DNA of 64,000 nucleotides, taken from assembly GCF_009834535.1 (NCBI RefSeq), contig NC_045721.1, positions 11,284,001 to 11,348,000 on the forward strand, read 5' to 3'. The number at the start of each line of letters is the position of its first letter. The stretch's first letter is position 1. The notes beneath the pieces were generated by a model. That model was not told the origin of the DNA, searched no databases, and saw only the letters and a list, made by a program, of their open reading frames with translations. Both the position numbers and the translations under genes were made by a program. Source of the DNA: Camelus ferus (Eukaryota). Below, piece by piece: positions 23,400 through 36,929 of this stretch.

Positions 23400-23945
23400 T
23401 TTACTTTTAAAAAAAACTTGAGGTATAATGCACGTATCAGTTTGCTCATTTATAGTGTTCAGTAGCTTTTAGTAACTTCAGAATTTTGCATTCACCGTCA
23501 CAATCTTAGAACATTTTTATTATTCCATAAAGAAACCCTCATGTAAACCATCACTTCTCAAGCCCTCGTGCCTCCCAGGCAACTCTGAATCTACTTTCTG
23601 TCTTTATAGTTTTGCCTCTTCTGGACATTCTGTATCAATGGAGCCATGCAGTATAGTTGCTTTTTTGACTGTCTTCTTTCACACGGCATATTTTTCAAGG
23701 TTCATCCGTGTCATAGTGTGTATCAGTACTTCATTTATTTTTATTGCTGAATAATATTCCATGGTGTGGAGTGGATGTAGTACATTTTATTTGTCCGTTT
23801 ATCAGCTGATGGACACTGGCTTTTTTCCACTCTTTGGCTGCCATGAATAAGGCTTCTGTGAACATTAGTGTACAAGTGTTTGTATGGACATGGGTTTTCA
23901 TCTCTTTGGGGTCTATACCTGGGATTTGAATTGCTGGGTCATACT
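23400..23945 (-). mobile_element. Old L1MB-like 3' end
   Basis: cttgaggtataatg...ctactttctgtctttatagttttgcctcttctggacatt...caaggttcatccgtgtc...gaattgctgggtcata. Confidence 0.85.
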
Positions 23946-24729
23946 TTATGTTTTTAAAGTATTTTCATGTGATCCATCTGTAAAAGAGGAGGAAACTGAA
24001 GGCCAAGAGGTTGTCTTGCCTGTGGAGGAGTAAAGTTATCCAGTTCTATCTTTTGACTTTTAGTGCATTAGACTGGTAAATGGTATAATTGAAAGAGAGT
24101 AGGTGAACTAGTTTTTCCAAGATCAACCAAAAGATTTAGTTTACTAAAGGAAGATTGTGATCTAAGATTTACATGGATTAATTTTCTTTCTCCAGTCCTG
24201 GATAGTACCTGGGAGCCTGATGCAGTTTGTCTAGCTTTTAGACTGGACTCAACTAAAAAAAAAAGTGTTTCATAACTTTCATTTCTAACCAGGGTTTTCA
24301 TTGTATAGGGCAATGAAGGGGAGACATTTTTAAGGATAATTACTCAAATGCCAGGTCCAAGACGAGCTCACTCTTCTCAGCTTTCCTATTTTATTTAGGC
24401 TAATCAGCTGCTTGGTTCCTTATGTTTTTGTCAAGCATTATGGATTAATGTTGTGATGAGTTGCTTGTCTGTAGTTGAACAAAAGCTTTATGCATTTCTT
24501 TATGATTTATTTATTAGATTTCTGTAATACTTTTCACTTAAGAGCTCATGGTACTGGGCCTGTCATGTTAGGATGTTGTTTTTATCATAAACATTTCCAA
24601 GCATCTTAGTAATGTTGACAAGACTGTTAACAGGGATGATTCCCAGTAGAGCTAAGGAGAAAGGGCACCAAATACATTATTAGAGTGGCATAAATATGAA
24701 CTATCAACATAAACACGAACTGTTCCAGA

Positions 24730-24880
24730 GACATGAGCTAAGGTACAGGAGAGTCCAGAGGAAGAGAACTAATTTTGTCTTATGATGTGGAGGAGGGGAG
24801 GAGTCAGGAAAGATCACAGAGGAAGTGATATTGGAGGTGAATTTTGAAGGATAGTAAGAAGAATGCAGGATAGGTACGGA
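24730..24880 (-). mobile_element. L2 fragment
   Basis: gtcaggaaagatcacagaggaagtgatattggaggtgaattttgaaggatagtaag. Confidence 0.5.
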
Positions 24881-24894
24881 TGAGAAGCACATTT

Positions 24895-25590
24895 TGTTTT
24901 TTAACAGCTGTTTTGAGGCACAACTGATAGATATATAATGAGGTGCCCATATTTAAGCTGCAGTTGGGTAAGTTTCGCTGTAGGAATGCACCCATGAAAT
25001 CACACCACCGTCAAAATAATGAACATACTCATCACTCCCAAAGGTTTCCTTGTGGCCCACTGTACCCCTCCCTTCTGCCTCACCCCACTCGCCCCACCTT
25101 CATCCGACCCTCAGGTAGCCATTCACACGCTTTTTCCCACCATACGTTAATTTACATTTTTCTAGAATTATATGTAAATGGAATCATAGCATGTGTACCT
25201 TTTCCATTCAGCGTTAATCACTTTGAGAGGAATCTATGCTGTCATGTATACCAGGAGTTTACCTTTTTCTTGTTGAGCAGATTTCCACCGTATGGATTTA
25301 CCATGTGGTATTCATCACTTTTTGATGGATATTTGAGTTGTTTCTAGTTTTATGAAACTGCTGCTAAGAACACTCATGTACAAGTGTTCATATGGACACA
25401 CACTTTCTTTTCTCTTGGGTAAATACCTGGAGCGGAATGACTGAGTCATAGGGTAGATGTTAGTTTAACTTATTAGAACCCGCCCAATAGTTTTCCAGAG
25501 CAGTCATACTGTCATACATACTCACCTGGCCTGTGTGGGACTCTCAGTTCCTCCACACGACTTGGCCTGGCCAGTCTTTTTAATTTTACA
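24895..25590 (-). mobile_element. Old L1M (L1MB/MC-like) 3' end
   Basis: ttttaacagctgttttgaggcacaactg...atcactcccaaaggtttccttgtg...tatatgtaaatggaatcata...tctcttgggtaaatacctggag. Confidence 0.85.
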
Positions 25591-27498
25591 TGTTTTTTGT
25601 GTGTTGGGTCAGGGGAAGGCACGTCTGAGGGTGATTCCCTTGGGAGAAATCACTGAAGTGATGTGAACCCTTTAAATCTCTTGTTTCATGTTGCAAATTG
25701 TTTTTCATAAAATTCTTCTTTCATTTATCCTCTTAACAAAGATACCATCTTATTGGCCTTCACATCTTAGAATCCTGCTTCATTTCCTTCAGAATTCCTC
25801 TATGGAAAGGAACTGGGGCAGAATATGTGGAGAAGGGTCTTTGGAAGCTTCTTGATATTAGTGTTTTCCTCCACTGTGGCCCCTGCTCTTCCGAGGTCTC
25901 CCCAGAGGTAAGAACTCCACCACACAGGTAGAGGGAGAAGGTGAGACAAGCCAGGAAACGCAGACCCTGGAAAGAATGGGAAGGTACTGTTAGGAGCATC
26001 CCGGGCTGATTTCCAGACCTTGAGCTGGTTTTCTGCCCAAGTGTAGGACTTACTTGTAGTCCCTTAAAGACAGATGAAAATTACAGCTTTTCGTTTTCTG
26101 TCTGTCAAGTGCCACCTCACTGTTAGTAATCACTTATAAATATGTTCATTTTTAAAATAATTGGTCCATCTAAAATCTTTAGGGGGAAAATTTAGCCCAA
26201 ACGTTACATTAGAAGAGAATCTGTAACATCTCTTCCAGTTCTGTGGTTCTCCAGAGGCTCTTTCCCCTTAAATAAACATAGGACGACTGCTTCTGTCTCT
26301 TTAGCAGCGAAGGTTTCCGCCTTTTCACTGATGTTGGGAACTGTATGGTTCATGCAGTCCAAGCACCAAACCTGGACGTTTAGCCTGGGAATTCAGGGAT
26401 TTATTTTTCCTGGCAAGGTTTACCCACGAGTCTTCGTTTAGGTAGTCTGTCAGTAGGTTGAGGTTTGCCTCCTTGGACAGCTGACTCACTGGACATGACT
26501 CATTGTTAAATATAAGCCAGACCCAGCTGAAGACTGTACAAAGGACATGTCTTCCTGGCTCACAGGACTCTAATCAGAGGGACACTGATGAGAATTGGAG
26601 TTAGAATCTGCTTCTTTGTTTTGGCCGGAATCCTCGTGTGGTCCGTGGTCCTGGGGGGACATCTGAGTGGCCTTTTCTGTGCTTTGTAGGAGCTCTGAGA
26701 GCCTTGTCTAGGGGCACAGGAGATGGTCCATGATAAGCTGTTAATGACCGGATGCAACCACTCTTTTAACTTACAATGAAAGTTATTAAAATACGTGAAT
26801 GATTAACATCCTCTACAGCCACTGTTAGCAATTACAATCACTGAAGGAGAGCCTCTGTCCTTTTCTCTTTCACCACCGTTTCTTTGGAATATCTGCCCAG
26901 TCTTTGTGTTTAGCTGAAGCATTTCTCCAAAAGGGTAAGGCTTTCTCCAGATGACTGGCTTGCTATAGGAGAGAGTCTTCTGAATTTTAACATCAATTTT
27001 CTCCTGATGCTGAGTCCCTCTACACTAGACATTGGTTTGTTCTTCTTTCCTCTTCTCACATTATCTTTCTCTCTCACCCTCTTTGGCTTTCCCTTAGTTT
27101 CCACCTTCCATGGGGGGAGACATTTCCTCTTGTTAAAATACAGCCCTAAGAGTTCCCCTTCCCACAGGAATTTCCCGGCTCGCTCACTCACCCTGTCTAG
27201 ATGGTCAGCTCCCCTCAAGAGACAGGATTCATTTCCTTTCTAAGTCTGCCCACCTTCTCAGGCAGAGCTCTGACAGGAAACCCTAACCCAGCAGCTAAAA
27301 CCCAGGAAAGAATTTCTCCACCTGGTCTCCATACCTGGTCTTTCCCAGTCATTCCAAGTCCTGCTTTGGGATAACTGAACTCCAGTGATTTTTTTAAATA
27401 TAATGCTCCACTGTCTAAGGGCTTATGTTCCTTCTGTGTCCTTTTAAAGGGCAGTGGCAGGAGATACCATTAACTCCACTTTAAAAAAGAAGGAAGCT

Positions 27499-27664
27499 GG
27501 GGGGAGGATATAGCTCAGTGGCAGAGTATGTGCTTAGCATACATGAGGTCCTGTGTTCAATCCCCAGTACCTCCATTAAAAGAGTAAATAAATAAAAATA
27601 AATTTAAAAACCTAATTACTCCCCCCCAAAAAAACAGCATAAAAAATAAATTAAAAAAAAAAAA
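27499..27664 (+). mobile_element. tRNA-derived SINE (camelid vic-1-like) with A-rich tail and TSD
   Basis: GGGGGGAGGATATAGCTCAGTGGCAGAG...GTTCAATCCCCAGTACCTCCA. A box TAGCTCAGTGG at 27511-27521 and B box (one mismatch) at 27554-27564. Tail aataaataaaaataaatttaaaaacctaattactccccccc...polyA. TSD AAGGAAGCT at 27490-27498 and 27665-27673, with a TT|AAAA L1-endonuclease site upstream. Confidence 0.9.
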
Positions 27665-30417
27665 AAGGAAGCTAGAGAACATCAAAGTGACCACAAATTT
27701 GGTCACACAAGGGCTCAGAGCCCCAGGGAAGGCCTAAATCTTCAGCTTTCTTTTAAAATTTCATCTGAATCAGGAGGTCTCATGTCCTTTGGGCCAATTT
27801 GACCTTTTCCATTGACCCTCTGAGGGCTCCATGGCTGAACTGAAATTTTCCATTCTCCCGAAAATGGAGAAGCACCCCCAGACCCACCCCTTCTTCACGA
27901 CCACCCTCTGTCTTCCTGGTGTTCTTCTCGGCCCAGCTGAAGGGAAGGGTCCCTTTGCAGCCTCTCTGCTCCACACGATGCTGTGACCGAGAAGATGCCT
28001 TCTTGTTCCACAGATGATCCCTACTGTGGAGCAGACCCCCAAGGCATTGCTCAGGTGATCTCCCTTCCTGGTCCATGGAGGTTCTGAGAAAAGGTCTGCC
28101 CTGCTGTCCACCACAAAGTCTCCCTCTGGGTGGAAGGGCAGAGGCCTCCGGGAAGGCAGAAACTGCCCAGTTCCCAGGAAGGTGGCCTCCTCACAGTAAG
28201 GGCTCAGAAACCAGCACCCTGGGTGCCCTGGCAACGGTGTGAGGGCAGGGCTGACTGTGAGGTCAGCTCGATGGAATGCTTCCGGTGACACCCTCCCAGT
28301 CAGAGAGATGAGGTGAGTCAGAGGGTAGGCCAACATCCCGACTTCGAGACTTAGATTTGAGCAAAACTGCACCCTGAGGGCAAAGAAAAGGAGGCAAGTG
28401 GGGTGGGCCCTCCACCCGCTCCAGGTCCCTTTGCTTCACCCAGGGCTCAGGGAGGGGACTTAGCACAGGTCTCATCGACCAAGTCCCACACATTCTCTTC
28501 TTGGAACAAATCGAACATTCAATTGCTGCTTGAATGGGTTTGCTCTTCTGAGCTCCTTGGGAGTGAGTGAGTGGTAGGAAACCACATGCTTCCACCAGCC
28601 ACCTCCACAAGGAAGGAAGAGTTTGTTCTGGTGAGGACCAGGCAGAGCTGTGCCTTGTCCTCGGCACCCAGGAGGCCATCAGAGATGCTTACTCCCTGGG
28701 CTGAGAAATGAGGGTCTGCTCTTGTACCACTTTACAGAAGTCTCTCCCCTCAAACCCTTGCAGGGCCCCAGTATCTCAGCAGAATGGATTTAGAACTTAG
28801 GACAATTAATTTGCTGACTCGGAAATGGTATCCATGGGCTCAGCGCTTCCAAAGATGGGATCTGGCAGCTGGGAGACAGGGACGACAGGGCTTAATTGTG
28901 GAACACGGCCTGTGACTTAAAAGAGAGTGGTTTCCACAGAGGTGCCACAGGCCTGACTGAGGCTTGAGGCCTCAGGCCAGGGTGAGGCTGGGGGGCCCAA
29001 GTCCTGGAGCTGGGGCAGGTAGGCGACTTGGAGCCCTGAGCTGGGGGCCCGGGTTCTGAAGGGCTTTAGCTGCTGCTGTCAGCAGGTAGCGCATGAAGGT
29101 TGGAGCCCACAGATGGGGAGGGTGCCCCTGGCCTGTGGGGAGGACAGCTGCTTCCCTGACCCTTCACGCTCACAGCACTTCACATACTTGGTCCCTTCTC
29201 CATTCTCAGCATCCCTCACCCTCCTGGAACTGGCCAGTTGCATAGTCAGAAAGGGGTGAATGGGGAGCCATGAACTTGACCTCAGCCATGTCCACAGGGG
29301 TGAGGTGGAGCCGCCCCCGCTGAACCAGCCGGATAGATTGAGGTGCTCAGGGTACGGCCCGACCCAGTGCCTCATTCACAGGAGGGAGGGCATCGAGTTC
29401 TGCCTGACGACTTCTCATCCCTACTGTTCTCCCTTTCTTCCTACAAGGTGGTGATGTCTTACTCTCCTGGACTCAGAGGGAGTTTTGTTTCCAACAGCCC
29501 TTCACTCTTTACACATGGACGATCTCTCTCTTACCAACTTTTCTCCTCTCCTTCCAATTCTGACATTCAGGCTGTCATGTCATCACCTTGGGTTTGGTTT
29601 CGTTATTGGGTTCCAGACCCTTTAGTCCGCCTGGGGATGCAGCGTCGGCCCAGCCTTCCTTGGGCTTGCACTCGAATTAGAGAAGTAGGCCCTGCTCATC
29701 AAAGAGACCCCATAAGTTCTGTGCTGGTGGCGACAGGAAGGACGAGTGGAGGCCTCTGTCAGGGCGATGGTGGGGGGAAGACATCTCAGAGGCTATTTAG
29801 GACTTTGAGCAGGGTTTTGAGAGGCTGAGGGTGGTTTTCCCAAAGAGAGAAGTGGTGCTCATTCCAGGAAGAAGGAATGGACGCACAAAGGCCTGGGATT
29901 TGAGTTGCCTTTAGAAAGTGGCTGCAGCTGAGGGTGCCCAGAGGTGGCTGAAGTGGCAGGGTTTCAGGGTGAGTAGGGGCAGGGCTGGGACTTCATTTCC
30001 TGGCTCCCAATCAGGAACGAAAGGCTCACACAGTCCCTGAATTGGGAGGAGGTTCTGGGAAGCGTGAGACACCTTCCTCTCCCCCTCCCTCCCCCCCAGG
30101 ATAATTTATTCGTTCATCCCTCTCACCTGAGTCCTGCCTCACTTGTCACCAATCCTTGTGTCACCAACAGCTTGTCCTTGATTTGACTGAATGAATGAGA
30201 AATCACCCCTATCAGGAACCCTAGCAAAAGCACCACACAAAAGCAGGAAGGATGTTTCAAAGGAAAATCCTCACGTAGGAAGTAGGGAGACTAAAATAAA
30301 AAAAGGAGAAAGGGAAAAACAAACTTAGGTCACCTGTGAAAACCACTCAGCTAATGAAATACGGGATATGACAGAATGAATTAAAATAAGCTAGGAAAGT
30401 AATCACAGACAGCCCTT

Positions 30418-30560
30418 AAATAGCAGTCACTCTGTAAGCCCTTTTCTAAGCATGAAACATTTATTAACTCATTAAAGCCTCATGGAAACCCTATGAGTTT
30501 GAACACTGTTGTTGTCCCCACTTTACAAATGGGTAAACTGAAGCACGGAAAAGTAAAGAG
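30418..30560 (-). mobile_element. MIR SINE
   Basis: attaactcattaaagcctcatggaaaccctatgag...ccccactttacaaatgggtaaactgaagcac. Confidence 0.8.
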
Positions 30561-30771
30561 AGTGAAGAAGTAAAGAATGGCTCTGTGCAGTGGATAAGAG
30601 TTAACAGTCTGCATATATTATAACACCAGTTCAGAATGAATAAGTTTACTTTAAAGGGTTTGGGAAAATTCTCCCCTCATTCTCCTTCTGTTCTCACCAG
30701 GGAAGAGATTATACCATTACACCATTATATATGCATTGTACCAAGTGTCAGGCCGGCTTAAGCCTGAAGTA

Positions 30772-31076
30772 CAGTTCATCCTCAATATCCTCAGTACTCC
30801 TGGGGGACTGGTTCCATAATGCCCCTCGGATACCAAAATCCATGGATGTTCAAGTCCCTTATATAAAGTGATGTAGTATTTGCATATAACTGCACATATC
30901 CTCCTGGATACTTTAAACCACCTCTATTACCTAATTCCTGATACAGTGTAAATGCTGTGTAAATAGTTGCCCTGAGGTATGAGTCAAATGCAAGCTTTGC
31001 TATTTGGAAATTTCTGGAATTTAAAAAATAGATATTTTTGACTTGATGCAGAATTTGTAGATACAGCAGGTCTACT
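30772..31076 (+). mobile_element. TcMar-Tigger MITE (MER2/MER2B-like)
   Basis: TA|cagttcatcctc...gggggactggttcc...ggataccaaaatccatggatgttcaagtcccttatataaa...gtagtatttgcatataac...gatacagcaggtctact. Confidence 0.85.
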
Positions 31077-31679
31077 ACACATCCAACTTTGGGTGTCGGG
31101 GGTAAAAGTGAACAGTGGGGAGCAGAGGTGCCAGCAGCCTGGCAGTGCTCAGCTGGGTGGGGCCCAGCACTCAGCGCACACCGCGTGGTACCCTAGAGAG
31201 ACAGTAGGTCCTGATCAGAACCCTGGTATCAAACAAAACCTGCTGTGGTGTCCAGAAGCGATGAGGGAACCTGGCAGTTACTTAAGCATCCAGCAGAGCT
31301 ATGTCCAAACAGAAGAACTGGGAAAAAGAAATAATCCTATTCACAAATAAATATAAGAACAAAACCCCAAAGAATCCCTGGGGGGGGGGGGGAACTGACA
31401 AGAGCAATAAATGGAAGTGATTATTGAACGTGGAAATCCTAATTAAAAAAAAAAATCAACTAGCCTTATGGATAAGCATTTGAGTGGCTTTAACTTAGAA
31501 TTTAGGCAAAATGTGTTTTCACTGAAAAAAACATGCTCATGAATAATAATTTTTTTGAGATGAAAGAACATATCAACCCAAAGGAGGGGTACTGTAAAAA
31601 AAATTGGTTTCTTAGAAATTTATGTTCATTTTTTTTATCTTCAAGTTTTGCCAATTACTGGTGAATCTTTTCTATTTCT

Positions 31680-31742
31680 TTTTTTGTTTGTTTTTTGTTT
31701 TCCAGATTCTTCATGTTTTGTTTTATTTAATTGAAGTATAGA
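31680..31742 (-). mobile_element. Extremely truncated L1 3' tip with double poly(A) and candidate TSD
   Basis: L1-tail signature ttttatttaattgaagtatag (31721-31741), a second T tract (31680-31701), and tctatttct on both flanks (31671-31679 and 31743-31751). Confidence 0.5.
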
Positions 31743-32909
31743 TCTATTTCTATTCTTTGGATAATATTAGTGTTTCTGTGGACAAAATCCAAGACTCAGG
31801 AATCCAAAAAGAAAGTCTGTGGCATTTAGGTCAAGATTTGCTCCTCACTCCCACCCCCACCCCACTGCAGATTTTGATTCACTTTGGTCTCAGGGGCATG
31901 ACATCTATTAATCTGAATGGCATTCTGGTTTCTGAATGGCAAATAAGATAAAAGTATTTAACCTCTTTAACCTCTTTAGTCCACCTGTATCCCTGGGTCA
32001 CTTTATTTTAAAGGGTACACGTGCACATAGTGTATTAACTAACCCTCGGAGTAATCACTCTGGTTATACCTAATGCAGCAAATACTATTCAACTTTAACA
32101 AAATAAGAGTTTTATACTGTCTGGCTTGTTCTTAATTCTTCCCTAAGGGCCCATTTGGTTTAGCATCAAATGTAAGATTAAGAGACTCTAAACTTTAGCT
32201 AAACAGTCACTCAAGGGATTTAGAGATGATCTCTTCACACAACAGAGTTAGCGTACTCTGGCATCCCCTGCAAACAGCACATCTTTATCCATATCATACA
32301 CCTCTGTTTCCTAATGATTGTTTATTTCAAAGCCAAATTAAAAAATAGTATTACTGTACCCTAAAAAAAAATCAACTTCTGTTGTGTAAAAGTTTGGCAA
32401 GGCAAGTCTTTTTCAATTAATACTGAAAAAAAGAGAACAAAGGTGGTAGTGACAACATGATCCACATGAAACTCTGTGTGTATATCTATGTACGTGTGTG
32501 TATGTTTGCATGTATCTTAAATTTGCATAGCACAGATGAAATGAGGAAGTCAGACCTAGTAAGAGCACAACAGGAATTCAAAAGTTGGTCTTCTAAGACC
32601 GATTCTAGTGCTCTTTGCAGTACCCTGGGTTGTACCCAAATGGTGATAGAAATTAGTAGGGCAGAGGAGAAAAAAAATACAGAATAATCTTCTGCCTCAG
32701 TCCCACCAATTGGCTAATGATTAAATATTTTTTGCATAAGTAGTGAACCATAGTAGGTATTTTTCTCATGCATTTAGTAAATTATTTTTAAAGTTAAATA
32801 ATAAAATTGCTTTAAACATTTTAAAGAGACAACGGGGAGAGAGACAGGGAAGGAGAAAGATTTATGGTGATAAAGATACAGGGAATGAAGGGGAGTATCT
32901 CTCTGTGTC

Positions 32910-33535
32910 TGTGCAGGAGCAAGTGGGCTCGTTGTCCCTTGCACAAAGGAAAGACCAGGTACCCAGGCAGTGGTCTTTTTCAGAGAGAGAAGGCTTTACT
33001 GCAAGGCAGCCAAGCAAGGAGATGGAGGCAAGGCTCAGATCTGTCTCCCCTGTCGGCTTCTGAGTAGGGTATTTATCATGGAGGTAGAGGCCAAGGTGGG
33101 GAGGGGGCTCAGAAATGACCAGTGGAAAGTGTAAGTTTCAAGAGTTCTCTGCACAGGCGTGACTGTGACTCCTTCATGCCTCTTCATGGGTCGCATGTGC
33201 AATTTTGGGGGTGGGGGTGTTCCATGTGTTTCATGGGGTGGATTTTCAGCCTGTGACATCCAGAGTTCACCATGGGTTATTCTAGTCCCTCAGTGGGCCT
33301 GCCTCCTACTCAGTTGAAAGGGCAGTTAGCAAGTTGTTTCCATTCCTATTGTTTCTCTAGTACTCTCAGAGGCAAGCGTGGTCTCAGTTAATCATTTTGT
33401 TTCTACCTAACAGGCCTTGTGAGTTACAGGGTATGGCTTCTTCTTTCTGTCTCTTTAGAGCAGCTTTTCTCCCAAGAAATCATAAAACTATACAAAGAAC
33501 TGCAGAATTCCAAAATGTATCCCTGTGGAGTTACA
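32910..33535 (-). mobile_element. ERV1-class solo LTR (MER4/MER34-group-like)
   Basis: caagtgggctcgttgtcc...agaaggctttactgcaaggcagccaagcaaggagatggaggcaaggctcagatctgtctccc, ending in gttaca (TGTAAC on the minus strand). Confidence 0.6.
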
Positions 33536-34724
33536 AACTGAAGAAGGTTTAGAAACAGGGCCCGAAACAGGGAAGGTTCAGGAAGGCAGAGGAGCATCAG
33601 GCAATAGCAGGCCAGTTGGCTAGACCTGGCTCAGCTGGAAAGGTGCACCAGCAGAGAGGGAAAATCACTCTCCCAGTTTAGCTGCATGTGAAGGGAAGTG
33701 TTTTCTTTAATGTTTGACTGTATTGCTTTTGCAGGGTAAATGCAAATATATGTACACATACGCACATTTAAATGATGGGGATTGATAGTTACATTTCGTA
33801 AAATTAATTATTTCCATGTTCGTAATGCTTGGGTGCATATCAAATTATTGGTTGGAGAGAGAGTATGGAGGTTGTATACACCCCTTCATTAACAGGAGGG
33901 AATGGATGTAGATATCACATATGGCTTGCACATGCGTAGCTTATGTAGCATTGTATTTTTAAATGTGAGAGTGTAACTAAGCATTCAAAAATATTTAGAT
34001 TGTCTTTGGTTTTTTTTGCTTCCCCAAATTCCTAAATTTTCTGCAAATGGAATTAAAGTAATAACCTTTGTTGCAACTCTATTTTCTCACAAATGAGTCA
34101 GCTCTTCCTCTAGGGAGACCTCTTGCCCTGGTAAGAAATGTTAATGATAGGGCAACAGCAACCAAATAAAAGATTAGGTGCTCTTGGGGAAAGCATATTA
34201 CTCATAACTTGGTATACATCCTGTCAATTATCCAGCCCTGATGAATAGTACAGGAAGGGAAGCCAGGAAGTGCTAACAGATCTACCAGCCCTATCTCCTT
34301 GAAGGGGAAGGTGGGGCGTTGAGTGATTGCACACCAGGCACCTTGCCACACACACCACAGCGCGGGGGCTGGGTCCATTCATCACTCAGACGGCTGTAGA
34401 CAGCCTCTGCTCTGTTACAAAGTGTAGGTATGAAAGGGTTTGACATTGAGGTCTAAGTAGATAAGCCAAGAGTTTAAGGAATCCAAAATGAATGTCTTGT
34501 CTCAAAACCAAAATACTAGGTAAAGGGGAGAAGGATAATCCAAAGGTTAGCCAAAGGGTAGATTTGCTTAGAAAGTACATCTTTTGTCCACTCTCTTTTT
34601 CAATGTAACATGATTGAAAAAAAGTCTTTTCACATCTCTAAGTGTGTCGATGGACAGAAAGTAACTTAATTTTCAAATAGCAGACTCAGAGTTGCAGGTG
34701 TCCTGGTGGCCTTGACATCTAAAT

Positions 34725-35301
34725 TCTCACCCAGTGAAGGGACTCCTACAAAAGCCCAGGAAAGACCCAGATCCAGTTACTCCTTGGATATTGCCAGTAT
34801 TCTGGGCAAATCGTGGCCTACCCAGACATATCATTCTACTTTCAAACAGTTTTACTTATTAGAAAGTCCTTAGATGATAGGATGGGACTGGATTTAGGAT
34901 ACTTCTACAGAAGTCTGCACGTCTCTTACCTAGTATCTGTGTGCCCCAAGTGATGTGATTGGGGCTTCCTTTTGAATAAGAGGAGGTAGAAAGAGGAAAC
35001 AGGGCGTAGGACCACACAGAGTTTCCTGTCTGGCTTGGTTGAAACCCCAATGGAAATAAGGATTAAGGACCAGAAAATGAAATGGTTCGGTCTGCATGCC
35101 ACCTTGGGACCTCGGGACCAACTGTGTGGGCTGCGTTTTCCCGAGCTCTCCACGGAGCCGGTTCTGCAGTGACCCCTTGAGGTCGGGCAACTTGGGGCTC
35201 ATTGAGCAAGGTCACCTTTGCATGACGCTGGGTCTTATTTGTGATTCAATCAGCTGTAGCAAAAATATGGCTCCTTCAAGTACCTTTGTAGGCAGCAGAC
35301 A
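34725..35301 (-). mobile_element. Possible old ERV LTR (family not identified)
   Basis: Ends ...gtaggcagcagaca (TGTCTG start on the minus strand) and has LTR-like composition. No consensus confidently recalled. Confidence 0.3.
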
Positions 35302-35767
35302 TGGAAAAGGGAGAGACTGAAGAGGAAAGGAAGAATTTGGCAGATGTCTTGGGGATTCTGATGTGGACAGTCTGGTTATATGGCAAGTCCCAGAAGTATG
35401 CTGGATTGGAGGAGGTTTTCATGGAGGGAACTGCCTGTGTGCAGGTGAGCAGAACACATGCTCTGGATTAGCGATGTTAACATCCAGCCAGGCTGGGGAA
35501 CCAGAATGACACTTGGGCTACTGTCAGGTAGAATCCCAGTTGTGGCTTCCAGTGCAACAGAAGCGAACTAAATTACTCCTTATTTCCGGAACTGTGAGGG
35601 GCAGATGGGTGACTGACTCTCTGAACCATTGTTTTTTCTTTAGGTCCCAGATTGCTTTGTCAATTGAAATAATTAATGACTTCTGTTACTTTGTAGTGTA
35701 AAACATACTTTAATCTTCAGCAGTACAAGCAGTGAGAAGCACTGCAATAAAGTTAAAAGCTGTCACT

Positions 35768-35894
35768 CAAAGTGACCATACAGTGTATCACACAAACCAG
35801 GACATGTTTCAGAGGAAAGAGGGTGTTATGCTGGGACAAGAGGCAATAACAGAAATGAGACTGCTCTGGCTAATTGGGCCACACGGTTACCCTA
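35768..35894 (+). mobile_element. hAT-Blackjack MITE (MER81/MER94-like)
   Basis: Degenerate TIRs (c)aaagtgaccata ... acacggttacccta, with internal caaaccaggacatgtttcagaggaaagaggg and gctgggacaagaggc. Confidence 0.6.
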
Positions 35895-36929
35895 TGTCAG
35901 GGTGACCTGTGATTGTAAGACATACCTGGGCACTGAAATCAGGTGGCAATACTTGGATTTATCCAACAACCTGGAATACAGCCTGAATATAGCTGGACTG
36001 TCTTGAAGTGTAATTCTGCCCACTGGTGCCAACCTTCCCCACCAACAATAACAGAGAAGAAGGGGAGAAAAACCAAACTCTTTCAGGAACCTCGAAAAGT
36101 AATATAGATATTTCGTGTGAGGTGTTTCCTCTGAGTCAGATTGAATTTTTGCTCATTATGTAGGTCTGGACACTGTAAATTACTACACTGACAACCTGCT
36201 GATTGAAAGTAGATGTATTTTTGCTTCAGAGGTAAGGAAAGAACTTCCACCGTGGAGCAAATATACTGGAACAGTGGGAGATAAAAAAAATACACTCATC
36301 TCTAAGATAACATCCCAAGAGTCCTGTCTGTTCAGTGTGTTTGCTGATTTTTTATCTGTTTCTTCAGGGAGGAAAGCCAGGTTCCAGTTGTGACTTTCCC
36401 ATTATTTATACTATACAGGGCAGTGCTCATCCTTTCTGGAACTCAGTTTCTCATCTGGGAAATCAGGGTTGGACCAGCTCTAGAGGAATCCTTTTGGCAC
36501 TGGTAACCTGTGAGTCTAGAGCTCCCATAAATCCTTCAAGATGGGTCATGCTTCTCTGCGGCTCTTCCGCAGTGTTGTGCAGGACTGCTGCTGGAGCCTG
36601 GGGGTGAATTGTATATAAACGCTGTGGGAATGATGCACTCAGTGCGTCCCCACCCTCACCTCTAAGATTCCCTGAGTGCTTCCTGACTCTCCCTGCCTTT
36701 CTTTTTCTCTTAAAAGGAGACTGAAGTCCAGAGGCTGTGGGTGCGGTTTTCTGTTTATCTGGCTTAGGAGTTAGGCCAGGTTTACTGTTCACTATAGCTG
36801 TGATGTCTAAGGCTAAAATTTCCTCCTGTGTCCCCGTTTTTGTTTTGGGGTTTCCCTAAAGACTCCTTGAATAGGCCCTTGAGGCTGGCACTTCATAAGC
36901 TGCATCCTCCTGATAAGGAGCCCTGTCAT

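Noticed and set aside
27499-27575. tRNA gene
   Set aside because: It has A and B boxes, but it is followed by a SINE tail and flanked by a TSD, so it is a SINE.
31380-31392. G13 homopolymer as a G-quadruplex element
   Set aside because: An isolated homopolymer whose length is unreliable in a gapped assembly, with no supporting context.
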